In this document: one piece after another, positions 38,311-46,480 of the stretch | Position numbering within the stretch: the first letter of the stretch is position 1 | Layout of the letters: each line of letters starts with the position of its first letter | Source: a virus | Virus record (IMG/VR): IMGVR_UViG_3300024313_000004 | Span: 1-64,000 of that record | Direction: 5' to 3' (one strand) | DNA: 64,000 nucleotides | Notes under the pieces: model-generated | Told to the model about the DNA's origin: nothing | The model's database searches: none | The model's input: only the letters and a program-made list of their open reading frames with translations | Translations under genes and position numbers: made by a program

Positions 38311-38697
38311 ATGAAAAATATTAAGAAATTTGAAAACTTCCAAGAGTCGGATCAAAAAAATATATTTGTATTTAATACAAACAAAGAGTTAAGAGGATTT
38401 GCAGAATGGAATACGCCGGAAGAAACCTTAGAAAGTTTCAAATCTGATCTTTATTTTTTGGGACATGAAGAATATGAGGGTATCTTCGTAGAAGCTAAAG
38501 TTTCGGACAATGATATTATCATATCATTGGATTCTGATTATGGTTGGAGTAATAAAGAGTTAGAAGACTACATTAGTAAGAGAGAGAAAGATTTAGAGAA
38601 GTTCTTTAGAAATGTTCTAACTGAAATTTTAAACGATGATTATATTAAATTATATTCTATTGATGGTGAAAAAATAGATATTAAAAATGTAAAATAA
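38311..38697 (+). CDS. Hypothetical protein with capsid-targeting-like N-terminus
   Basis: MKNIKKFENFQES. Confidence 0.6.
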   Translation: MKNIKKFENFQESDQKNIFVFNTNKELRGFAEWNTPEETLESFKSDLYFLGHEEYEGIFVEAKVSDNDIIISLDSDYGWSNKELEDYISKREKDLEKFFRNVLTEILNDDYIKLYSIDGEKIDIKNVK

Positions 38698-38716
38698 TTC
38701 TACATTTAATAAAACT

Positions 38717-38747
38717 AAAAAAACCACTCATTTTTGAGTGGTTTTTT
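38717..38747. terminator. Bidirectional terminator (CACTC/GAGTG family)
   Basis: aaaaaaaccactca-tttt-tgagtggtttttt. Confidence 0.85.
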
Positions 38748-38761
38748 ATATTTAATTTTTA

Positions 38762-39352
38762 TTAAAACTTTCTTTTGAATGTTCTGTTTTTGTAACTTTT
38801 AGATTCGCCAATTTTTTCAATATCTACTGCTTGTGCTTTAAGTGCTTGTGCTTCAGGATCTAAGCCAGTTTCAGTTTTATCTGGACCTTGTTCGAATTCA
38901 CCTTGAGCTTGAGCTCTTCTTTGTGCTTGAGCTTGAGCTCTTCTTTCTTTTTTACCTTGAGCTTCTTTTTGTGCCTCTGGGTTATTAAGGTAAGCAACAA
39001 CTTTTTCGATATCATCTGTTTTCAAATCAATATCATCAACTCTAAATTTACCAGTTTCTGATGGTTGATCAATTTTATGACCTTCGTAGTTGATTACATT
39101 TCCTGATACCGAAGTACCTAGTAATTCTGCCAATCCTGCTAATCCACCTTCTACTGCATCTAATTCATCACCATATGCTAATGGATTATCCTTTACACCT
39201 GGTTCTTCTGTAGGAATAACAGATGGCCTAGATGGTCTCGGTGTTGACGGAGTTTCTGTTGGTGCTGGAATTGTTTCAGGAGTAACACTTGGTCTTGAAG
39301 GAGTAGGTGCGTTCTCATTTGTTTTTACAAATTGATTATATTTTTTAATCAT
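38762..39352 (-). CDS. Pro/Thr-rich protein with capsid-targeting-like N-terminus
   Basis: MIKKYNQFVKTNENAPTPSRPS... Confidence 0.6.
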   Translation of the reverse strand: MIKKYNQFVKTNENAPTPSRPSVTPETIPAPTETPSTPRPSRPSVIPTEEPGVKDNPLAYGDELDAVEGGLAGLAELLGTSVSGNVINYEGHKIDQPSETGKFRVDDIDLKTDDIEKVVAYLNNPEAQKEAQGKKERRAQAQAQRRAQAQGEFEQGPDKTETGLDPEAQALKAQAVDIEKIGESKSYKNRTFKRKF

Positions 39353-39472
39353 CTTTTTAGACTTATTTTTTTAGTATATATTAAAATATTTTTTCCTTTT
39401 TTACTCTTCTTCACTTGCTTTTGAATGTCGCCAATTATCTTTGACTCTATTTTAGTGTTTCTACTTCTTGTA

Positions 39473-39523
39473 CTATTTTCCCAATTGACTACCCATGAAG
39501 GACTCGAATTTTATTGTCTTCAT
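39473..39523 (-). pseudogene. 16-codon remnant beginning with the capsid-targeting-like motif
   Basis: MKTIKFESFMGSQLGK*, coupled by TAATG to the upstream gene; GC-richer decayed sequence continues to about 39390. Confidence 0.4.
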
Positions 39524-40014
39524 TATTCTTCGTTTTTATTTTCTAACTCACTGACTACATAGTCAATAAAGCTATCTAGTTCATATTCGTATCCTTCACA
39601 AAAGTCAAAAATGTCAAATTCATCTAAATTAAAAACACTTATAAAATCAGGTATTGTCATTTTAGTATTTGTATTATATATTATCTTACCTTCTAATCTA
39701 CCACTAATACTTTTACCACCCTTTAATATTAAATCGGGACAGTTTAAAATTCCAAAGTAATGTTTTTCATTATTATGGTATTCTATATGGTCAAATTCGA
39801 ATTTGAATAATCCTGAATCATCTTCAAAGAATCGTTCGCTTTCTATTTTATTTAATTCTTGGTGTACGTTTTCTTCACCGCCATATTTGTGTGCATCTAA
39901 GAAATCTTTTTCTAAATTGGAAAGTGACTTAATACCATGTTTTGATATTTTATCTAAAATATCATCGACTCTTTGTGCGGTTGTATATCCTTCGTATCTC
40001 ATCAAGTGTTTCAT
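39523..40014 (-). CDS. DUF6576-like domain protein
   Basis: Preferred start 40014 MKHLMRYEGY; RVDDILDKISKHGIKSLSNLEKDFL. Confidence 0.6.
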   Translation of the reverse strand: MKHLMRYEGYTTAQRVDDILDKISKHGIKSLSNLEKDFLDAHKYGGEENVHQELNKIESERFFEDDSGLFKFEFDHIEYHNNEKHYFGILNCPDLILKGGKSISGRLEGKIIYNTNTKMTIPDFISVFNLDEFDIFDFCEGYEYELDSFIDYVVSELENKNEE

Positions 40015-40055
40015 AATTTTCATTGGTTTATATATTATTTTTGAGAAACTTTTTT

Positions 40056-40409
40056 TTATAAAATCGTCGTTTTCCAATTGTTTTGATAATCCGTCTCTAT
40101 AATCTTTTTCTTTACTGCCTCATAAACTGGTATAAGATTACCTGAGGTTTGATATATAGCAATATTATTTTTTTGATATTTTTCTGAATTGAAATCTTCT
40201 GGATCTTTATTATAAAGTATAGAGTCTATTTTATTTTCTCGATCACGAGTCTTTATAACATCAACATAACTATCTATAAAGAATATTATAAAACCATCTT
40301 CTACTTTGTGATTTTTAATCATATCAAAATCTATTCCTTCATAGAAATAAGTGGTTACATCATTTATTTCTATCTTTTCAATCAAAGTCAAATCCATCAA
40401 ATAAATCAT
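40056..40409 (-). CDS. Hypothetical protein (start uncertain)
   Basis: RDRENKIDSILYN motif. Confidence 0.5.
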   Translation of the reverse strand: MIYLMDLTLIEKIEINDVTTYFYEGIDFDMIKNHKVEDGFIIFFIDSYVDVIKTRDRENKIDSILYNKDPEDFNSEKYQKNNIAIYQTSGNLIPVYEAVKKKIIETDYQNNWKTTIL

Positions 40410-40617
40410 CTATTTTTTTATCTCTAAAAGAACCTTTTTGTTTACCTTCAAATTCTTCATCTTTTTCGAATTTATTTTTAAATTCTTCAAATGCTGTTCT
40501 TGATATTTTAGAAAGTGCCATAGCACCGGTTGATATTTTACCTTCATTTAATTTGTCTGTTAGATAACTTACAAACATTGGATATAGTTTTTCATTTTTC
40601 ATAGAATATATATCCAA
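40378..40617 (-). CDS. Hypothetical protein
   Basis: FRDKKIDDLFD near the C-terminus. Confidence 0.55.
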   Translation of the reverse strand: MDIYSMKNEKLYPMFVSYLTDKLNEGKISTGAMALSKISRTAFEEFKNKFEKDEEFEGKQKGSFRDKKIDDLFDGFDFD

Positions 40618-40655
40618 TAAGTACTTTCCGAAAATAATTTATTTATATATACACT

Positions 40656-41387
40656 ATGATAAAAGATTTAAGTTTAGGACCAGTTTTCACAAGTAAGTAT
40701 GGTGATGTGAATTCAATAAATTGGTTGAATGGAATCATCAAAAAGTATATTGCAGAGGTTTATAGACCTTTTGGATATTATTATGGATGTCCTAATAAAG
40801 ACATTGATGTGGATGGTAGAAAAATAAATACAGAATATATTGCGAAGATGGTGAATAATTATACCGTTTTCAAAGGTATAATAGAGAAAGTTGGTATAAC
40901 GACTGAGGAAGAATTTTATGATTATATGACTAATAATTTATTTGATGTGTATAACTACAAAGGTCTTTACTTTGATGAAAAGACTTTACCAATTCTTATA
41001 GCAACCACCAGAAGAGGTAATAAAGGTGAACAAGATTCTTTAATTTTCTTTAAAAATGAATTACTTAAAAAGGGTATTCAATGTGTAATGATATCACCTA
41101 CACCAGAAGAAGATTTATCAGGTATAGATGGTAAATTCATTTGGAATGGTAAAGAATTGACTATACAAGTAAAGCCTTATGATAATATTATGGAGAATGA
41201 TGGTTTAGTGAGTGCGTACTCTCAAGGGTCGTTATCACTTAAAATAGTAGGATCTAGTAAAAATGTAGATTATTTAGTATTATATAAACTAGAAAAAAAT
41301 AGCTTTATTATTGTTCGTTCAAGTAATACTACTGTACAAGGTAATCTATTTAAATTCCCAAAAGATAAGATAATTTCAATGAAATAA
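40656..41387 (+). CDS. Putative PD-(D/E)XK-fold endonuclease
   Basis: EEDLSGIDGKF...LTIQVKP pattern. Confidence 0.5.
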   Translation: MIKDLSLGPVFTSKYGDVNSINWLNGIIKKYIAEVYRPFGYYYGCPNKDIDVDGRKINTEYIAKMVNNYTVFKGIIEKVGITTEEEFYDYMTNNLFDVYNYKGLYFDEKTLPILIATTRRGNKGEQDSLIFFKNELLKKGIQCVMISPTPEEDLSGIDGKFIWNGKELTIQVKPYDNIMENDGLVSAYSQGSLSLKIVGSSKNVDYLVLYKLEKNSFIIVRSSNTTVQGNLFKFPKDKIISMK

Positions 41388-41416
41388 AAAAGTCACTCAT
41401 TCTGAGTGACTTTTTT
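41386..41416. terminator. Bidirectional terminator (CACTC/GAGTG family)
   Basis: aaaaaagtcactca-ttc-tgagtgactttttt. Confidence 0.85.
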
Positions 41417-41430
41417 ATATTTTCTAAAGT

Positions 41431-42898
41431 TTATATACCTCCAAAGCCATTGAATATATCCATTACGACTGACAATCTCTCAGTTATTTCTGGCATTCCC
41501 AACGGTTCGATAATCTTATTTATCGGTGCCAAAATACACTTAGCGAATTGAATATCATAATTTATTTCAGGTGCAATCTCAATAGGATAAGAACCTCTGA
41601 TATATGCAAATATATCACCGTTATGTGTATCTTTACAATAATAATATTTTATCTTTGTTCCTGATTTTATAAACTCATATTTTGTTTGTAATAGTTTATT
41701 TTGATTTAATAAGTAATTATGATAAGCACTTGCCTTAACTGCAAAGTGTGCTCCATTTACAAACTTTAATGGTAATGATTTATCGTCAATTACTTTAGCA
41801 TCATAGTTCGAACAAGAAGATTGCATCGCGATATCGTCGATATCTGCTAACTCAAATTCTTTACGTAATGCTTTTATGAGTTTAAGTAAATCTTTGATGT
41901 TGAATGTATTTGAATTCTCAAATAAATATTTAACAATATTGATAATTTTCTCCCTAGCGAAAAGTGGTGTTGATGATCTAACAAGTTCCACTCCTTTTGG
42001 GTATAAGTATGATAATCTTTCATAAGGTATACCATCTTCAAAAGAAACATGTTGTATGTATTTCTTCTTAGCCAGAGATATAATAGATTCTGATATTCTT
42101 TCTAACTCAAAATCTTCTTTATTATCTACTCCAAATCCTGCAGCATAATCTTCTAAACACTGTTTGAAATATCCACCATATCTGTAATGGTCCATTCCGT
42201 GTATATAGTCTACTTCTCTTGACCAGTTCCATTTTACATCACAGGTAAGAGAACCACTTGAAACTAAGTTCATAAAATCTCTATCTTTTATGAATAAACC
42301 ATCTACAATTACCATTTCATAGTCCATTGTTAAAAGCTTTTCAAAGTCATTATAGTTTTCTGCACCACCAAGATAATTTGGATTATCAGTATTGATTTTT
42401 TTTGGTGATAAAACGATAAATTTCTTATCAATCTCACTTAATGATTTTGGATTTAGAAATAAATTCTCCCATTCTGAATGTTCTATTGCAGGTAGGAATG
42501 ATACAAATAAAGAATCGGTATCTGCATATATTGATACTGCTTCATTATTATTTATCTGTGTAACATTTCTAATACAAAGATTTTTATGGAATTCTTCATC
42601 TAAATGCCATTGATTATACCAATAATCTTCATTTACCATATCCATAGTTTTTGTTAAATCCCTTCCTTGTGCTGTAATTGTGCCTGCAACATGATTATTA
42701 TATAATATGAAGTAGGCTGTCGCGAATGCTCCGTAAGAGCCGTTCAGTACTAATTTTAGTCTTTTTGCCCCCAGTAAAAAATACCGGGGGCTAAACAAGA
42801 GCGAGCTGAAGTGCGTTGTAGTATTCCGCTTCCTTCTTTAGCTCGCTCGCTTGTTTTTTTAAAGACTCGATTTTTGATATTTTATCTTCTCGTGTCAT
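41431..42898 (-). CDS. polB: Family B DNA polymerase, C-terminal subunit (gp43B-like), interrupted by a 40-nt coding gap near the 5' end
   Basis: ATG 42898 gives MTREDKISKIESLKKQASELKKEAEYYNALQLAL[V*]; +1 frame gives KLVLNGSYG (motif B), YADTDS (motif C), KKKY, KGVE..RSSTP. Confidence 0.85.
42760..42800 (-). other. GC-rich RNA hairpin making up the coding gap in polB
   Basis: mRNA UCUUGUUUA-GCCCCCGGUA-UUUUU-UACUGGGGGC-AAAAAGA; 10-bp core with one G-U, extended by a 7-bp basal stem. Confidence 0.85.
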
Positions 42899-42978
42899 AT
42901 AATTTATATACTTTTTATTAAATAAGTTCTAAATGGAACTTATACTATTTGATATATATTTAAAATAGTATTATTTAT

Positions 42979-44082
42979 ATGGTAAAGGAGAAAGAAGTTT
43001 TAATTAAAATAAACATTAGAAATAGAGTTCATTTTGAAAGATTGGGGTATTCTATTGATGATGAGATATATGTTTCGGTTGTTGATTTGTTACCTGGTTC
43101 TAAATTTAAAGTCACTGCAATTTGTAAAATTTGTGAATCAGAAAATATACTACCATATAGTAAATATCTGGTAAATAAAAACAGAAATGGTAAAAATTAC
43201 TATTCTTGCTTTCGTTGTAAAACACATGTTAAGGAAAAAACTTGTATGGAAAGATATGGTGTAAAATCATATTCAATGACTAATGAATTTAGGGTATCAG
43301 AAAGTATAAAATGGAGAGGTATTAAAAAGGGTGGAGATAAAGGTGAAAAAACAATGTTGGAAAGGTATGGTGTAACATCATATTTTAAAACCGATAAGAG
43401 TAAAGAATATAATAGTAAATGGATGTCATCTGATGAGTTTAAAGAGAAGTCTAAGAGGACGATGTTGGAAAGATATGGAGTAGATCACTATTCAAAATCA
43501 AGTAAATTCAAAGAGTATATATCCTTAAATAAGGATCATATAGTTAATAAAATTAAAGAAACGTTTATTAATAAATATGGTGTGGATAACGCATTTAAAT
43601 TAGGAAGTTATAAAAAGAAAATGTTAGATTGTAGAGATAGTATTGAATGTAGTAAAAGGGAAACTTGTATGGAAAGGTATGGTGTGGATAATGTATCAAA
43701 AGTGGATATTATTAAAGAAAAGAGGAAAAAAACATTATTAGGTAATGGTCAAATTGTACCGGATGATAAAATAACCTCCTGGGAACTTTATAAAAAAAAT
43801 GTTAGAAATATGACTAAACGGAATAAAAAAATACTATATGAAGTATGGAACGGATTTGACTATTATGATAATGAATTTATTAAAGGTTATCTATCTCATA
43901 CACATACACACCGGTTTTATCCGACGATTGATCATAAAACTTCGGTATATTTTGGGTTTATAAATAAAATAGATCCAAATATAATTGGATCTATTGAAAA
44001 TTTATGCATAACCAAAAGGTTCATAAATTCAACTAAATCTAAAATGTGTGAAGAAGAGTTTTTAAAAATATTAAAGTCTTAA
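42979..44082 (+). mobile_element. Free-standing HNH homing-endonuclease-like gene with (E/K)RYGV repeats
   Basis: N-terminal CKIC/CFRC Zn motif, repeated ERYGV/KYGV units, C-terminal TIDH...NL...NSTK; opposite strand between polB and clamp. Confidence 0.7.
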
Positions 44083-44083
44083 A

Positions 44084-44872
44084 TCACTCATCTTCTTCTT
44101 CAAAGTCTTGTTCAAAGCTCAACATTAAATTTGAGTCTTCATGTTTTACTAACATAAAGTTATCAAATATATGAAATTTAACATCACCGGAATCATTTAC
44201 ACATGATAGAAATTTCTTATTAAGTATTAGATTAGAATTTCTTTCATCATCTATTTTATCTATCTCAAGTTCCCATGCCGATGTTTCTGATACAACAACT
44301 TTACCGGAACTTACACCAATTTGTAATATCTTATCACCATTTATATTAGATAGTTTTTTTATATCTGTGAAATCATCTTTACTTATATTGAATGACCATC
44401 TACTATTTTTAATATTAAGACCTTGGTTTAGTTTACTTAAACTCATGTCTTTTATTTCATAATGTTCACCACCAATCCAATTGACTTTTAGTTTACCACC
44501 AACGATTTGTAATGCTCTTGCATCCATTATATCTTCATCATCTTGTGATTCTTTATGTGTTATTTCAATAGTGACTTTCTCATTATCTTTTAAAAAATTT
44601 AAATTTTTAACAAATTTCTTTGCATTTAGGATAATAATATCTATACCATATTCTAAGTCTTCTTTTATTTCAAATAGATCGTTAGTTTTTATAATGTAAT
44701 TTTTAAATGCTAGAATTGTTGCTTTCCCTAGAATAGAATACATCATAATATTCTCACTATCTATCTTAATTTTAATATTATCAGATATCTTAGTAAGGTC
44801 TTCTAACTTAGATATAAACTCTGAAAATTTTTCTGATTTTATTCTAAATTTATCTTTTCCTGATTTTGCCAT
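44084..44872 (-). CDS. DNA polymerase sliding clamp (gp45/PCNA-like)
   Basis: 262 aa, alternating helix/beta pattern, FTDIKKLSNI, next to polB, shares upstream motif with primase and uvsW. Confidence 0.6.
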   Translation of the reverse strand: MAKSGKDKFRIKSEKFSEFISKLEDLTKISDNIKIKIDSENIMMYSILGKATILAFKNYIIKTNDLFEIKEDLEYGIDIIILNAKKFVKNLNFLKDNEKVTIEITHKESQDDEDIMDARALQIVGGKLKVNWIGGEHYEIKDMSLSKLNQGLNIKNSRWSFNISKDDFTDIKKLSNINGDKILQIGVSSGKVVVSETSAWELEIDKIDDERNSNLILNKKFLSCVNDSGDVKFHIFDNFMLVKHEDSNLMLSFEQDFEEEDE

Positions 44873-44942
44873 AAGTAAATTTTATTTCTACACATGATAT
44901 AAAGAAAGTCAAATTTTGTTTATTTTTTTTAATATATAACTT

Positions 44943-45461
44943 ATGATTAAAAAATATAACCAATTTATAAGAGAGTTTATTGAAACAACTGGCTTTGTTG
45001 ATACCAAGATGCAAGAATTAAAGGATCTAATAGATGGTGTGTCCGATGGGGAGAACATTATATATGAGTGGGAGAATAAAGAGGATCATCAATTATTAGT
45101 AAACTTTACAACTGGTGAACTTTCACTTAGATATGAATTTGATATAGATGATTTAAATGTAACTAAGATTGCAGGTGACACCGTGGACTTCAAAACTGAT
45201 GTAGAATCTATAGAAGAAGGATTGGATCTAATAGAGAAAGATATTCAGTCTATATTAGGTATTGATGAAAAAGGTAAAATACCAAAGAAGTATCTTACTA
45301 GAAAACCAAAGGCTATGAAAAAGGAAATTGAGAAATTCAAAGGTAAGAAAGAATATAAAAAGGATTGGGAAGCAGACTACGACAAAAGAAGTGGTAAAAG
45401 GATAAAGACTAAAAAGTCGAGTTCGACTAAGGCGTACCAAAAAATGTTTGGCAAAAAATAA
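44943..45461 (+). CDS. Protein with capsid-targeting-like N-terminus and basic DUF5824-associated C-terminal module
   Basis: IPKKYL...MKKEIEKF...WEADY...KTKKSSSTKAYQKMFG. Confidence 0.55.
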   Translation: MIKKYNQFIREFIETTGFVDTKMQELKDLIDGVSDGENIIYEWENKEDHQLLVNFTTGELSLRYEFDIDDLNVTKIAGDTVDFKTDVESIEEGLDLIEKDIQSILGIDEKGKIPKKYLTRKPKAMKKEIEKFKGKKEYKKDWEADYDKRSGKRIKTKKSSSTKAYQKMFGKK

Positions 45462-45469
45462 ATGATCAT

Positions 45470-45739
45470 ATGAAATATATTAAAAAATATAACGAATTGA
45501 TAAAAGAAAATACTAATCAATCAGAAATTAAAGAATTAGATTCTAATATATTAGATATCTATAATAAAATTTATAAAGAACAATTACTTAAATGTATTAA
45601 ACATTCTATAAAATATAATTTAGGTAGAAATTATAATGAAAAACATGATGCGATTGGTCTAACATATTATAAAATAAAAGAGCTTTATTCTGATAATAAA
45701 GAATTGGTTGAATATGCATATAAAAGGTTTTTAAAATAA
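45470..45739 (+). CDS. Hypothetical protein with capsid-targeting-like N-terminus
   Basis: MKYIKKYNELIKE. Confidence 0.6.
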   Translation: MKYIKKYNELIKENTNQSEIKELDSNILDIYNKIYKEQLLKCIKHSIKYNLGRNYNEKHDAIGLTYYKIKELYSDNKELVEYAYKRFLK

Positions 45740-45750
45740 ATCATTGTAAT

Positions 45751-46119
45751 ATGAAAAATATATTAACATTCGAATCATTTTCAGAAGAAGTTGATTATGA
45801 AAAATACTTCTATTTAGTAGAAGATATACTTATACTTGAAGAGGTCACTGCGGGTTCAATTGATAATCCCGATTCAAAAGCTGGTAAAATGATTAAAAAC
45901 AAATCAAAACAGAGTGGGATTCCGGTTGGAATTCTTAAAAAGGTTTATAAAAAAGGCCAAGCTGCCTGGAATTCTGGTCATCGTCCAGGGACACCACAAC
46001 AAGCCTGGGCAACTGGTCGTGTAAATAGTTTTATTACTGGGTCTGGTGGTGCAAGAAAAGCTGATGCTGATTTATGGAAAAAGGCAAAGGCAGCTAAAGC
46101 AAAAAAGAAAAAGAAATAG
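45751..46119 (+). CDS. DUF5824-like protein
   Basis: SGIPVGILKKVYKKGQAAWNSGHRPGTPQQAWATGRVNSF. Confidence 0.7.
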   Translation: MKNILTFESFSEEVDYEKYFYLVEDILILEEVTAGSIDNPDSKAGKMIKNKSKQSGIPVGILKKVYKKGQAAWNSGHRPGTPQQAWATGRVNSFITGSGGARKADADLWKKAKAAKAKKKKK

Positions 46120-46121
46120 AT

Positions 46122-46445
46122 ATGAAATATTTAAAATTATATGAAAACTTTGATAACTTAAAAAAGGAAGTTATTGATTTTATAGAGAAAAACTATGATG
46201 AGGTGAAAACTGCAGAAATGTTCGATGATGAAATTTTTAGTAGTAACTGGGTAGATAATGATTGGGATGAAGATGGTGAATATGAATCAGAATATGATTG
46301 GTATGTTGATCATGGAAGAGGTGAAGTAGAGTATGCGGTTATCGAGACCATCAAGGCTGACATTATTAGTAAAATACCTGGTTCTGAAAAATTAGATTTA
46401 CATGATATTATTGTGGATCTTAGAGATTTATTAAATACATATTGA
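46122..46445 (+). CDS. Acidic protein with capsid-targeting-like N-terminus
   Basis: MKYLKLYENF. Confidence 0.6.
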   Translation: MKYLKLYENFDNLKKEVIDFIEKNYDEVKTAEMFDDEIFSSNWVDNDWDEDGEYESEYDWYVDHGRGEVEYAVIETIKADIISKIPGSEKLDLHDIIVDLRDLLNTY

Positions 46446-46451
46446 AATATG

Positions 46452-46478
46452 AAAAGCCACTCAAATGAGTGGCTTTTT
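46452..46478. terminator. Bidirectional terminator (CACTC/GAGTG family)
   Basis: aaaagccactca-aa-tgagtggcttttt. Confidence 0.85.
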
Positions 46479-46480
46479 CT

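Noticed and set aside
41431-42798. Track start MFSPRYFLLGAKRL (TTG 42798) as the true polB start
   Set aside because: It lies inside the hairpin and omits the conserved helix and QLAL encoded from ATG 42898, which has a normal A-rich leader and promoter-like motif.
42757-42800. polB insert as a group I or group II intron
   Set aside because: 40 nt cannot hold a catalytic core; the only in-frame junction ending in G has an exon ending in C, and there are no GUGYG...AY ends.
42760-42800. polB hairpin as an intrinsic terminator
   Set aside because: No U-tract follows the stem on either strand (AAAAAG on the mRNA, TAAAC on the plus strand).
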